From positions 77,500,001 to 77,564,000 of the forward strand of contig OX597820.1 in assembly GCA_951406725.2 (NCBI GenBank): 64,000 bases of DNA, written 5' to 3'. The position numbers and the translations under genes were made by a program. How positions within the stretch are numbered: position 1 is the stretch's first letter; each line of letters starts with the position of its first letter. Positions 1 to 13,036 of the stretch are shown in pieces. The notes beneath the pieces are model-generated. The model saw only the letters and a list, made by a program, of their open reading frames with translations, did not search any database and had not been told where the DNA came from. This stretch comes from Octopus vulgaris (lineage: Eukaryota).

Positions 1-36
1 AGACAGAAACTGAAAGAATCCCGTCGAATATATGTA

Positions 37-99
<63 letters not shown>

Positions 100-332
100 A
101 TGAGAGTGTGTATATGTTTTTGTGTCTGTGTTTGTCCCCCAACATCGCGTGAGAACCGATGTTGGTGTGTTTACGTCACCGTAAATTAGTGGATCGTCAA
201 AAGAGACCGATATAATAAGTACTAGGCTTACAAAGAATGAGTCCTGGAGTCGATTTGCTCGACCAAACGCGGTGTTCCAGCATGGTCACAGTCAAGATGA
301 CTGAAGCAAGTAAAAGAACAAAAGAGTAAAGA
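1..332 (+). mobile_element. tRNA-derived SINE, family A (octopus OK/OR-type), 5' part outside the window
   Basis: Body (gaaactgaaagaa..ccgtcg, internal microsatellite, gttggtgtgtttacgtc, aagtactaggcttacaaagaat, ccagcatgg..cagtcaa..gactgaa) matches the copy at 54690-55100. Confidence 0.85.
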
Positions 333-654
333 CTATATTTATATATCTATCTATATATACGTATATATCTATATCTATCTATATATATGTCTATGTATAT
401 ATCTATATCTATGTATGTATATATATATACATTTTGTTTTCATTCGCGCACATATAATAGATGCAGGAATGGTAAGGATTTTCGTGCAAAGGTACATTCG
501 TACTTATCAAAAGAATATACATAAAAAATATAGTCTTTTATACAATATCTCTAGAAGGTACTAAAAAAAGCATAAAACACACTGTTAATATCATGACTGT
601 GCAGTGCACAAATTTGATGCGTCATAACACACTAGCAAGTAATCTGTTGAATAG

Positions 655-812
655 CAAATATATACATGCATATGCATACATACATACATACATACATACA
701 CACACACATACATACATACATACATACATACATACATACATAAATACATACATACATACATACATACATACATACACACACATATACACACATATATACA
801 TGTGTGTATGTG
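655..812. repeat. (ACAT)n / (AC)n microsatellite
   Basis: Direct reading. Confidence 0.95.
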
Positions 813-1298
813 GTTTTTCCATGTGTGTGCGATTGTTTTGGTCATGCGTGTGCATGCGTGTTTATGCATGAGAGTTCGTATCTGTGTATACAAATAGTTT
901 CTCCTACAATTATGGCAGGCCGACACAACACGAACACTTGCATACATGAATAGATAATTAGGCAATAAAGTAATCGAATGTCCAGATAGTTTTTCATATT
1001 GAAGTATTTACGCAATTTTACATTCATATATATTTACAAGATTCTGTGCTTGATCAAGAATAAGTTCATGCGTCCATGAACATGCACCTACGGATATACA
1101 CACGTAATTGTATGCATGGATCTGTACACACATGCAAGTCAGATGTAACGTTATGAGCCAATGCACGTCGACATCCATGCATGCATCTTCTATTCACAAA
1201 CCACATCCGTTCATTGGGTAACCCGTTGACACGCACAAAAAGTTAAAGGTATGTGTGCTAATCTGTCCGGCTGTCTGTTTGTTTGCCTGTGTCTGTCT

Positions 1299-1363
1299 GT
1301 ATGTATGTATGTATGTATGCATTTATGTATGTATGTATGTATGTATGTATGTATGTATGTATG

Positions 1364-1395
<32 letters not shown>

Positions 1396-1455
1396 TGTAT
1401 GTATGTATGTATGTATGTATGTATGTATGTATGTATGTATGTATGTATGTATGTC
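1299..1455. repeat. (ATGT)n microsatellite
   Basis: Direct reading. Confidence 0.95.
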
Positions 1456-1700
1456 TTGTTTGATTATTTCTATTTAAGACTTAACTAAATATTTCCATGC
1501 TTATATGTGTGGAAAAGTATATATCGTCTGATTTGTGAATTATCGTTTGATCATTATTTTATAGCTAGATGTACTTTTATATACATATGTATGCATATGT
1601 ATGAATATATGCATGTACATGTATATATCTGTGTATCTGTGTGCCTGTGTGTGCATGTGTGTACGAATGTGAGTATGTAGGTGTGTGAGTTTGAGTGCGT

Positions 1701-1791
<91 letters not shown>

Positions 1792-1912
1792 ATACATATA
1801 TATATATATATACATATACTTATACATATATATGTACATATGAATATATATATATATTCATATGTTACATATATATGTATATGTGTATATATATATATAT
1901 ATGTACATATGA

Positions 1913-1950
<38 letters not shown>

Positions 1951-1962
<12 letters not shown>

Positions 1963-2204
1963 ATATTAACAAAAACAATATTTTTTTAGGATGATAACTA
2001 TGTACTTTACCAAAGTATAGAGTAAGATTTCGAACTGATGTATCATTGTAACTGAAGATAAAAGACATTAACATATGTATGTACATCAATATTTTTGTTT
2101 TGCGTTATATATATATAAATCTTACTCCGAAATCTTACTCTAAAACTAAAGTACATAGTTATCATCCTTAAAAATATTGTTTTTGTTAATATATACATAT
2201 ATAC
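1951..2204. repeat. Foldback (inverted repeat) with ~80-bp arms
   Basis: 1951-2032 (aacaaaaacaatattttt..ggatgataactatgtacttta..agagtaagatttcg) is the near reverse complement of 2128-2204. It is embedded in (TA)n/(GT)n tracts. Confidence 0.85.
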
Positions 2205-2232
2205 ATACATACATATACATATGTATGTATAT

Positions 2233-2280
<48 letters not shown>

Positions 2281-2305
2281 ATATGTACATATATATATGT
2301 ATATG

Positions 2306-2355
<50 letters not shown>

Positions 2356-2467
2356 CCTGAGTGTTATACTAATACATCTGTTTGTTTTGTACACCATTTG
2401 TCTTCGTCTTTTTTTTTTCGTAAACTCACCCTATATATATATATTCACACACTCATACATATATATG

Positions 2468-2507
<40 letters not shown>

Positions 2508-2935
2508 CATAGATAGTTAGATAGATAGTTAGATAAATAGATAGATAGACAGATAGATGGATGGGTATCTGTATATATTATGTCTAATACCTATATAAAC
2601 TCATAATGCATACAAACATGTATACATATACCTGTATGAGTTGCATACCGCTAGAAGAGCGAACAAACTGCAGCAAACAGTAAATGTAATTTTTAACAGG
2701 CTGAGTCACTCCTATGTTATTCAAACTTTCGTTGGCGCATATATACTTGGCGATTGCTAGACTTTAAGATGGAAATGATTAGAGTGAGATGTAAAGATAT
2801 TTCATAAGTGGTAATAATTAGACTTCAATCTTTAGAGCGACTCACAAAATTACTCATAAATATTCGCAAACAAATACAAACACACACGCGCACGCACACA
2901 CACATGCATGCATGCATTCATACATACATTTATAC

Positions 2936-3009
<74 letters not shown>

Positions 3010-3012
<3 letters not shown>

Positions 3013-3323
3013 GGCAGTTTGTCTGTGCGTTTTCTGTGTGTCTGTTTGCTTGTACCCTCACCCTGACCACGGCTTTCAACCGATTCTGATGAAACTTGAC
3101 ACACACATAGCCCAATGTCATAATTCAAAACTAACGCAGCGAAAATTTTGAAAGTCCCCCAGTTCTGAAAAATCGATAAATTCGACATGGGGTCGAGAAT
3201 CAGAAATATATACTAAAAAAAAATTTACCACATTTTTTTCCATTTTTTGCTATTTTTGGGCTATAATAATGCTTTATAGTTATTTCCCTTACAAACCTGA
3301 GCAACGCCGGGCGATACTGCTAG
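3010..3323 (+). mobile_element. Non-autonomous Helitron-like element
   Basis: Ends in a GC-rich hairpin-like segment (cctgagcaacgccgggcg) followed by CTAG|T at 3320-3323. The 5' end lies in a TA run followed by gtctgt-type repeats. No TIR or TSD. Confidence 0.6.
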
Positions 3324-3435
3324 TTATATATAAAATTTCTTGTATAAATCTTTACCGAATATGTTTTCTTTCCATACCGGAACTACTTGGTAACATTTAT
3401 TAATTATAAATTAATAATGGTTTACCCTATATCTA

Positions 3436-3465
<30 letters not shown>

Positions 3466-3470
<5 letters not shown>

Positions 3471-3550
3471 AGATAAGAAAGTGGAGAAATACATCTAAAT
3501 CAAATATCAAATTTGATTTAGATGTATTTCTCCATTTTCTTATCTTGTAT
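3466..3550. repeat. Near-perfect 40-bp-arm palindrome
   Basis: atacaagataagaaagtggagaaatacatctaaatcaaat-atcaa-atttgatttagatgtatttctccattttcttatcttgtat; one G-T pair. Confidence 0.95.
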
Positions 3551-3685
3551 TAGTAATTTGTGGTAAATCAGTTTACCTTTGCCTATATAATACAGTAAAT
3601 GACTTAATTGCATCGCAATCATTAACATTTATGTATTAATTTTGTTGGGTACTTCACTAGCAGTATATTTACAATCCCTATCTCA

Positions 3686-3721
<36 letters not shown>

Positions 3722-4345
3722 TGTATATTAAACGAAATATTCGAAACAGGAGGGAGAGGCTTCGGCGAATACTTAAAAGTTAAAAAGAAGGGAATTAGTC
3801 TTCATGTTTCCGAGTTTTCTTTGTTATCGGAAGTCGGAGAGGCGCATAATATGAGGGGGTAAAACACTACTTGTTATAGATCAGCTTGGAATTGGGTTCT
3901 ATAGGTGAGCTAATAAGGGTGGAGGGACAGTAGTTTATGAGCAAATATATGAACTGAACCGCCTTGAGATCTAAGAGTACGAGGTGAGCGTTGTTTGTAC
4001 ATCTGAGGTATGTGGATGCACCTAACTGATTCCAATTTGCAGGTTTTAGTTTAGTGGGTTGGTGGTACTGTAAGATGGTGTGTGTCAGTGCGCGCGCCTT
4101 GTATGTGCTATCTTACTGTGTGTAAGAAAGGCATGGAAGTGTCGAATACAAAAGAGGGTGCAAAAAGAATGGGTTGCTGCTGCAAGTGAAATGTTTCCGT
4201 GGAGGAATATATGCAAGGAAGATGATAAGATCAGAGAAAACGTTGGAAGTTCAGTGAGAGAAGCAGTGTCCAAGAAATACACACACTCACACATACACAC
4301 ATGGAGGCACACATAGAGGTGTATCTCTCTCTCTCTCGCTCGCTC

Positions 4346-4379
<34 letters not shown>

Positions 4380-4381
<2 letters not shown>

Positions 4382-4522
4382 GGAGTAAACACATAAATAT
4401 GAAACAGGGTGGAAAAAAGACTACTCAAATACCCGTGGTAGAGTAATATGCTTTATTTAAAGCACCAGAAAATTCAACAAAACCTGTTACTCTGAGTTTC
4501 CCGTTGCCGTTCATCGGACTGT
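4380..4522 (-). mobile_element. Dispersed repeat abutting (TA)n, Penelope-tail-like, with a variant hammerhead motif
   Basis: ccggagtaaacacataaat..gaaaca..gtggaaaaaaga.tactcaaatacc..ggtagagtaatatgc recurs at 14530-14608 and 59518-59665. The minus strand reads CCGATGA-acggcaacgg-GAAA-ctcagag-TA-acag. Confidence 0.65.
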
Positions 4523-4659
4523 CCTCTACTCTGATCAATACTAATCAAAGGCATTACCCAATACCATTAATAAATGATGGCATGTATATATGCATGCATG
4601 TTTATATGCACAGGGTGTAATGCGATGAATATTTAAAAAATAGCTGATTATGTGTTGGG

Positions 4660-4718
4660 TCCAGCTGATGAGTGTAACAATCTTTTACATACACGAAGCG
4701 AAATCTATAGATCCTGGA
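4660..4718 (+). ncRNA. Minimal type I hammerhead ribozyme motif (slightly altered)
   Basis: Helix I tccag/ctgga, CTGATGA at 4665-4671, helix II gtgt..acac, extra gaagc, GAAA at 4700-4703, palindromic helix III atctatagat, AUC cleavage triplet. Confidence 0.65.
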
Positions 4719-4993
4719 ATATACAAATGCTTACTTATGTATTCCATGCAAAGCAACCTGGTCTCTCCTATATTTATTACATCCACCGATTGTATTTTTG
4801 TAGTGAGTAAATTGTAGCTTAAGCAATTGCTCTGCTCATAGCAAGTGGTATTTCAATAACCGTCTGTATTTTATTTATATCTTACCTACCGATGTCTAAA
4901 CCTGCTAGCCGCTCTATTGATAACATTATTATTTATGATGTTAGTGATACTTATGTTTGACGTCCTTTACCAATATATGCATATATATATTTA

Positions 4994-6330
4994 CCTGCAG
5001 ACTGGAGAACAGCAATAATCTGCCCAATTTTCAAGAAAGGGAGCCGCGAAGACCCGCTTAACTACCGACCGGTTTCCCTTACATCAATAATCAGCAAGAT
5101 GTTCGAAACCATCCTTAAGAAAAGTATGATGCTCCACCTCCTAAACACAGCCTCTATCTCTGATTCCCAACACGGCTTCGTGCCGAAGAGATCATGCTTG
5201 ACCAACTTACTAGTAATGGAAGAATTGGTGACGCGCATCCTCGATGATAGTGATGCTGTTGACATCGTTTTATTGGACTTTGCCAAAGCTTTTGACTCGG
5301 TAAACCACCGCCTATTACTTGTCAAGCTTCAAGCATATAGTTTCCATCCGGATATTATACGATGGGTTGGTGCCTTCCTCTCAGATCGCTCCTTCCAAGT
5401 CCAAGTTAATGGTTCGCGGTCCGACGTTTCCAGTGCGAGCAGTGGCGTGCTTCAAGGTTCAGTGCTTGGGCCCTTGTTGTTCTTAGTCTTCATAAATGAC
5501 TTGCCCGACGACCTCACGCAACACACCCTTCTATTTGCCGACGATATCAAACTGGTCGCTCCTCGCGGTAATATAGAGGATCTTCGTCGATGCCTCCACC
5601 AAATTTGGAAGTGGTCTAACGAAATGGACCTGTGTCTGAACGTGTCAAAGTGCTGTCATCTGCCTGTCGGCTCTACTCCTGCAACTCAACTTGATTTCGA
5701 GCCGGGTCGTCTGCTGCTGGAGAGGACCGATCAGGTAAAGGACCTGGGTATCTTGGTGGATTCCTCCTTTTCGCCTTCGGCCCAGTGCGTCCATGCTGCC
5801 AACAAAGCACGCGGTATTCTGTTCTTGATTCGACGGTCATTCGGAATGCTCACAGCAGCCATATTCCTACCACTCTATGTCACGCTGGTGAGACCCATAT
5901 TGGAGTATGGGATTCAAGCCTCTTCTCCTTACCTCCTCAAAGACATACAGCATCTCGAAAGAGTCCAGAAGCTGGCTACCCGCATGGTTCATGGTCTCAA
6001 AAATTTGTCCTACGAAGAAAGGCTGAGAACGCTCGACCTTTATTCTCTTGAAAAACGCCGCCGCTGTGGTGATCTCATTCTCGCCCACAACATCATAAGC
6101 GGAAAGTGTAACCTCTCGAAAGAGCTGTTCTTCACTCTGAAGAACGTCGGCTGCGGGGTCATTCCGAAAAGCTCTACCTGCGACGATTTCATCTCAATCG
6201 AAGGAGAGGAGCTTTCTCCGTCCGGGTTGCGGATCCGTGGAACAAGCTGCCAGACGAGATGGTGAAGATGCCGACGACCGCTTTGTTCAAAGCCTCCCTG
6301 GACCTCAAGTGGCCTGAACTCTTTACATGA
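4994..6330 (+). pseudogene. CR1-type ORF2 reverse transcriptase fragment with one frameshift (the 5099-6265 ORF is part of it)
   Basis: RT motifs as above. No endonuclease domain or start region. Confidence 0.88.
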
Positions 6331-6414
6331 ACACCACCCTGTACTTAACTCCATGTCCCCCTACATGGCCTTGCTATTTGCTTTTGAGCCAAATTAACTA
6401 ACTAACTAACTAAC
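4994..6414 (+). mobile_element. 5'-truncated CR1-clade LINE (RT domain plus 3' end)
   Basis: PADWRTAIICPIFKKGSREDPLNYRPVSLTS, LLDFAKAFDSVNH, GVLQGSVLGPLLF, LFADD, ERVQKLATRMV. After a frameshift near 6138: RLRGHSEKL..FSVRVADPWNKLP..FKASLD, stop at 6328-6330. (TAAC)n tail; atatgcatat on both flanks. Confidence 0.93.
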
Positions 6415-6589
6415 ATATGCATATTCTTATTTGATTGAACGACACGCATCCACTTCCAAGTAAGCTGATCTTAATCGTTTTGATCCTACTCTACTCTATG
6501 CTCCTCTCGCCCCTATCGTTTTCTCTCTCATCCTCTCTCCAATTCCGTTTCTCTCCCCTTCACCGTTTTCTATCTGTCTCTCTCCCTCT

Positions 6590-6950
6590 TGCTCTTTCAT
6601 TCTCTCTCGTTCTTTACATGTGACCATCGTCCATCTATCTTTTCCTCACGTGTTCATCTTTCTTTTCTTTCGGGGCTGTCCTAGAGGCTGAACGTATCCT
6701 ATCTATCTCTCTCTTCTATCTTTTCTCTTGTCAAAGAAAATATTACTCCAGCGTTCGCTATTTTACACTCGTTCTGGTCTAACCACCCTCTATATTTGTT
6801 TTCGTTTGGTTTCCTTATATGTCTCCATTATCCCGTTTTTGGTTCCAACTTTGTCCCCCACCACACCCATAAATTCCAAATTTGATTTTCTATTCGAGGA
6901 GCAACTACCTTCGAAGACTCATATTGTCGTTCAATGCTCAAAATGAGAGG
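6590..6950 (+). repeat. Dispersed repeat homologous to 40170-40510
   Basis: Shared segments tgtttt.cgtt.ggtttcctta.at.tctcca, ggagcaact..gaag.ctcatattgt.gtt.aatgctc.aaatg. Confidence 0.7.
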
Positions 6951-7096
6951 TAGATAGGCAGCCAGCTTCTGATGAAGGGTTGTTCTTTATGTTACTTGTC
7001 CTATTTTCCATTTGTTTCTCTCGTTGTTTGCATATTCAACTCAATTGTTTTCGTATCTCATGTTGTTTACTGTTTGTGACATCATGTACACATATA

Positions 7097-7173
<77 letters not shown>

Positions 7174-7855
7174 TATATATATATATGTACATATATATAT
7201 AATGTACATGTATGTATGTGTGTATATATTTATACATCTACATATTATTTATATGGATTAGTAATTTCGAGGTCTATGGAATTAAATTTCAATTATGTCG
7301 TATTACCTCAACTAATTATCACATGTATCCGCTTTCAGGGAACCTATAACGCCGTATAAGAATCACTTGAAGGCAATAATCTGCATAATTCTATGCAAGT
7401 GCATTCATTTCTTGCAGGATTTAGGTAACTTCTGTTCAATTCTCAATTGAAGTTCCGCCGATTTGATTATTCTTTTCATATATGTAACGTCAATAACAAT
7501 ACAAATATGAAATTGATAAAGGAAGTAATGTTTGTTGTTTTATACAATTACAACTCGATATGTTTCTGGTGGTTTCATATATCAGATGACTGTCTTCGAT
7601 ATGCCCAGCATACATTAGAGTATATTGTGATACATCTTAGGTGGATTTTAGAATGAAATTTCAAGGTAGAGTACTGTGTCGACTACCATACGAATAATGC
7701 TCGATATACGACAATAAAGAACTACATTTCATTGTGAACTGAACTGAGAGCTACTTATCCAACAGTATACATCTCCATCCAATATCATTAACTTAAGGGC
7801 GACTTTATGCATCAGTTGAGTAAGATAAAATAGCTGATTTCGGGTGAATAGTTTG

Positions 7856-8005
7856 TTACATTTTCAGCAGACTTTCGCCTAATAACATCATCAAAGGTAC
7901 ATAATCTAAACAACTCCAATAAGAAGCATATAATATTGCTGTTCGATGAAACCAGCCAACTTGAACGTCGTTTCCGGACAAATGTAATAATGCACTGACA
8001 TACCG
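7856..8005 (-). pseudogene. Possible degenerate ankyrin-repeat exon
   Basis: Acceptor-like ttttctttataacag, then RYVSALLHLSGNDVQVGWFHRTAILYASYWSCLDYVPLMMLLGESLLKM*. T-AILYA..LD.V..MM..G falls in register with the ankyrin consensus TPLHxAAxxGxxExVxxLLxxG. Single repeat, no partner exons found. Confidence 0.28.
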
Positions 8006-8529
8006 CTGTTATAAAGAAAACATTAAATACACACAAACTGCCCTTGTCTGTCGTTCACTTCTTATCTACTCTACAACCGGTAATAGTCAAATGTAATTAA
8101 ACCGATCACAATATTGCAGGAAAGTACTGCTTCACACTTATTTTTTCCCCTTTTTTTTATCAATCGCAATACATCTCATCTTCTAATATTAGATACACTG
8201 AACATACAATAAACTAAAGTAATTTTGAACGTGTATACTTTTAATATATTTCACATCGCAGTATTCAAGTCTCATCCAATTGTTCGATGCCAATCTCATG
8301 TGTAACATAAACAATCAATTGTAAATAACATTTCATCGTATGATCTTCACAATTTATGACCTACGAATCCCGAGAACACATTTATTTTGTGAGGCCCAGC
8401 CATATGGTTTGGGTAGATGTCTTCTACTATAGCCTCAGGCCGACCAAAGTTTTGTGGGTGTAAATATGGTAATAAACTCGAAGAGTACAATTCCAGTTAG
8501 CTAAACAAAATCAAGCCAAAAAATATACA

Positions 8530-8665
8530 GAAGTGCAGATGTAGCTGTGTTGTAAGTAGCTTCGCCCCCAACCATATGGTTTGGGTAGATGTCTTCTACT
8601 ATAGCCTCAGGCCGACCAAAGTTTTGTGGGTGGGTATGGTAGACGGAAACTCAAAGATGCCTGTC

Positions 8666-8708
<43 letters not shown>

Positions 8709-8900
8709 TATACATACATACATATATATATATAATGTGTGTGTGTGTGTGTGTGTGTGTGTCTTTGTTCCCTATCCACCTTTATGTCCCCAGGCTTAAA
8801 ACGAAAATCACTAGGGTCGATGCATTCGACTATGAATTCTTCAATGTGGTGTTCCAGCATGGCCGCAGTCGAATGACTGAAACAAGTAAGATATAAAAGA
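8530..8900 (+). mobile_element. SINE family A, internally deleted
   Basis: Head gctgtgt.gtaagtagctt, CORE-like gtcttctactatagcctc..gccgaccaaag, tail ccagcatggccgcagtc..gactgaaacaagtaa. Confidence 0.8.
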
Positions 8901-10384
8901 TAACAGATTATCATTCGCGCTCATTGAAGTTGAACCGCTTTAAGAACTCTGTACACTTCTAACATCAAATTACTATCGAACACTTTTATCCTTTTGCTTT
9001 ACAAACTACATCAAACCAACAATACACTCATATTAAAACAGGCACGGTAAATATGTTGCTGTACTCGTATGTTTATTTTTGTCTTCTTTTTTCGTTTGCA
9101 CCCGTTTATATAAGAATAAAACTGAATATCGACGCCAATATCATTGATATTAAAGAATCAAATTTAAAACTAGAAAGTGATAGTCATAATTGTAAATGTC
9201 TGTTCTAGTTGAATTACAAGTAGTTTACCTGAGGCTATATTAATTATCTTAAAATTATTGGAGTAGTAATCTTCATAGCGTATATAATGTAAATAATGTC
9301 TACAACTGAAGCATTTAGTAATCATTCTATACAATGCTGTGTTTGGAAATTGAGTAATAAATGAAATTTCTCATATTTCTTTCTTTCTTTCTTAATCGTT
9401 CAAGAGAGCTGGAGATTGATTACACACGTTGTAAAATGCGAAGTAAAGATGGTTTTCAAAGAAATCCAATTTCGTCTCCTTTCTTTGACCATATTTTTTC
9501 TCTCCCTGTGTCATTTTATCTGTCAAGTATTGTTGTCACTTGCCATGGAACTGCGATCGATCATGTTTTCTTATTAGAGACCCCAGTCAACTGAGAGTGC
9601 CACCATGTTTATTCCTTTGTCATATTAATACTCTTATTGCTACAGTGTTCATAATATATTAAGTTTTTTACCTTTGAGGATGCAGGCAAATTTATTGAAA
9701 CAATTGAGCAGTTGACAGGTAGTCCCACGTTTATAACGTTTAAAATAATGCATGATGTGTGTGCATGTGCGGGTACGGCTTGACAAGTTTAATAAAGACT
9801 TGCGAACACAGCAGATATAAAATAATAAACGAAATGGAGAATAGGGACTTACAAACATATTTCCAGTTTTCTTCTCTATATTCTCGTATCAGGAATCTAT
9901 GATTACATTCTGACATTCACATGCTTCAATATTTTATATCCCTATAGACTGATAAAGTAAACGAATCTATCTGAAATGGAATATTTTATAAAGTCCCATA
10001 AGACAGAGAACTTAGAAAATATAAAATTTATACAACAGTTTTTAATCACGCTCATCCGCCAAGATTCCCTTTTCTAAATAAGATCCAAAATAACGAAAGC
10101 GATACAATACAATATAAATGAAACAGTCAGCAGATTGGCTTGTGCAATCATTTTCTTTCTTCCTCAATTTATTTCTAGCTCTCAACTTAAGTTTTCCTGC
10201 TGCATAATTCTGCGACACCCATGCTTAAGGGTCCTTCTTTCTCCTATAATTCACAGGGTATCCGTTTAAACATTTTCTTTCGAACGATGTCAGACTAGTT
10301 ACTAACATAAAACGTCCACTGGATATATTGTATAACATAAATATCTTGTTTCTCACAACTCCGTTTCTCATATCTTGTTTTTCA

Positions 10385-12245
10385 CAACCCCGTCCATATG
10401 CCCTGGAATCTTCAGAGACAGCATGTGACCAATGTAGTTCACTGTAATAAATTATCATCACTCGGTACATATATAGTTAAAGTCAGAAAGGATGATAAAG
10501 TTAAAAAATTTTATTTGTACAATAAAAATGTATAACATGGCTTCATTCGATCACCCTGCAGCTTCCAATAATTAACCAAACATAGAAATATAGACTTTGT
10601 TTTTCCATTCGCTATTTCATTGGTATTTTTTTTTTTTTTTGCTTACAGTTTCAACACAAACATGAACAAGGTGAATGCTTTTTTTACATCAACACCTATG
10701 CATTTTGTTACGGTGTACCAACAAACCATTCCTGTTTTGGCTATGACAAGATGAATATTCTGAAAAGATGATTTTTGTGTTGATTGAATACTCATTGACA
10801 ATTAATACCCTCTGCAACAATGACTATCATAATTGGCGGTCCAGGGCCACTGGTCAATATTTGGTCATTAGAGCACATTATGAAAATTAAGTCCAACAGA
10901 ACACAACGGGTAGTTATTTTTTTTTATTCACCAATTTACAAAATTAACGTCTTTACCTAAATTTAATGTGTTCAGTTTACATCAAATTTCAACCCTCTGC
11001 TTACGGCCAGATCGTATAAATGTTATTAATTTTCCGGGCTGTCGCCTCACTTCACATTGCTGGAATATTTCTTTAGACTTTTCTAAGATATTTTTCAAAC
11101 TACGTCAGTTGTAGATTCAAATTTAAAACTTACGTACGTCGCAGCCAAAGATATTTTTCAATCATCCTTGAGAACAGTTTCATGCACCTATTCATACCAT
11201 TTTCATTGCCAGCATGGGAAGGACTTTCTAAATGTTATACCCCAATGTAATGTCTGCCTACATGGCCTTGTGGTTGACTGATAATTTACAAATTGTACTA
11301 CTGATCCCAACTACAACAGGACCTCCTTACACAAGGTCGATCGGTTTCCTTATAAATACATACATATACACGAAAAGTTATAGATATATAAAAATCCATA
11401 CACATATAAGTGAAATTTACAAGCACATAAAAATTCATAAATGTAAATATATAAAAAATGTGAAAGACACTTTTGTAACAGTGAAGCAACAAACCATTCG
11501 TGTTTTGGCTATGACATGAAGAATGTTCTGAAAAAGATTATTCTTGTGTTGATTGAATACAATTTGTAAATTTTGTAGCCCCCCTCGCCAGCACACGACC
11601 ACGCACACATAGGCCATCACACACATACATGCTTATAGGAGGCTTTTGTCTCGCCCCCAAAATACACCCAGTATTCTTAAATTTTTCAGAACATTAGTGT
11701 TGGTCACACAGAGCATCCCACACCCCTTGCTTCCACCGACTAGATCGACCGCCGCCTGACCTGTAGATATCTTCAACGCATCAAATACCCCGATTTCAAC
11801 GTACATTGATAAACAGTTCAGCCATGGGCTCCTAAAGTGAGCATCTTCGTTCGAATTGCTGTGCCTCTGTTTTGCTTTGTCCTGTCAACGGAATTCCTGT
11901 TTTTTTTTCCTGAAGACAAGCCGCAATATGGTACCCTTATTTAAACAGAATTTGGAAATTTCTAAACAGCATTAGTGTTTCAAAGAGAAACCTTGCTTCG
12001 ACTGACTGACCGGCCTTCGAAACATGTGTAGAATGTAATAAAAGGTATTCTGTACAATCTTCGTTCAACTCCATTTATTCCATTCACTAATAATATTAAA
12101 CTTCAATTATCCGCTCCAACGCACGGTTGCAACACCAAATGGTCTTATCTCCAACCGTGCTGTTTTCCGCTGTGATTTTTGCTACCCAGGTATCGGTTAA
12201 ACCTTTGAATAATCTGTTACAAGAAAATTCATCTTTCTATTTCAA

Positions 12246-12287
<42 letters not shown>

Positions 12288-12879
12288 CAATGAAGAAATA
12301 AGTGATATAGATATCCACTTTATACAGCTCAACCGAGTAGCGCTCTGATAGAGATTCAGGAATATAAAATTAAGGAGAGGAGAAAACAAATTCAAAGGCC
12401 GATGTATATATTCATTCATTCCATATAACGAAGTTCTCCATGGTATACAAAGTGCATACATAGATGCATATATCTATATGGTATATAAAAATTTCTAAGA
12501 ATTTATAAATACATACATATACACGAAAAGTTACAGATATATAAAAATTCATACACATATAAATAAAAGTTACAAGCACATAAAAATTCATAAATGTAAA
12601 TATATAAAAAATGTGAAAGTCACTTTTGTAACAGTGAAGCAACAAACCATTCGTGTTTTGGCTATGACATGAAGAATGTTCTGAAAAAGATTATTCTTGT
12701 GCTGAATGAATACTCATTGATGATTAATGGTCTCTGCAACAAGGACTACCATAATTAGACTTTAGCATCCGTTCTGGCTCTAACAATATATGTTCCGAGT
12801 GATGATAGTTTATTAGAGTGAACTACATTGGCCACATGTCGTCTAAGAAGATTCCGGGGCATATGGACGGGGGCGTTGT
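10385..12879. repeat. Mosaic repeat block bounded by ~115-bp inverted repeats (possible foldback or TIR transposon relic)
   Basis: 10385-10502 is the diverged reverse complement of 12758-12879. Internal direct repeats at 10718-10833, 11350-11560 and 12504-12755. Confidence 0.6.
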
Positions 12880-12993
12880 AGAGGGAGTAGAGTTTCAAGG
12901 CTTTAAGGCGGTCCCAGTAATCGAGATCACTCATGCCTTCAATTCGTTTAGTGAGTGCTCTCTGGGGTGATTCAATCTTCGAGATGATTTGTT

Positions 12994-13036
<43 letters not shown>

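Noticed and set aside
9852-9948. Minus-strand segment with acceptor- and donor-like ends
   Set aside because: Stops in all three frames and no recognisable peptide.
11232-11350. YPNV..LQIVLLIPTTT resemblance to the hAT dimerisation domain
   Set aside because: The spacing is wrong, the ERSFS motif is absent and the paralogous copy has a stop.
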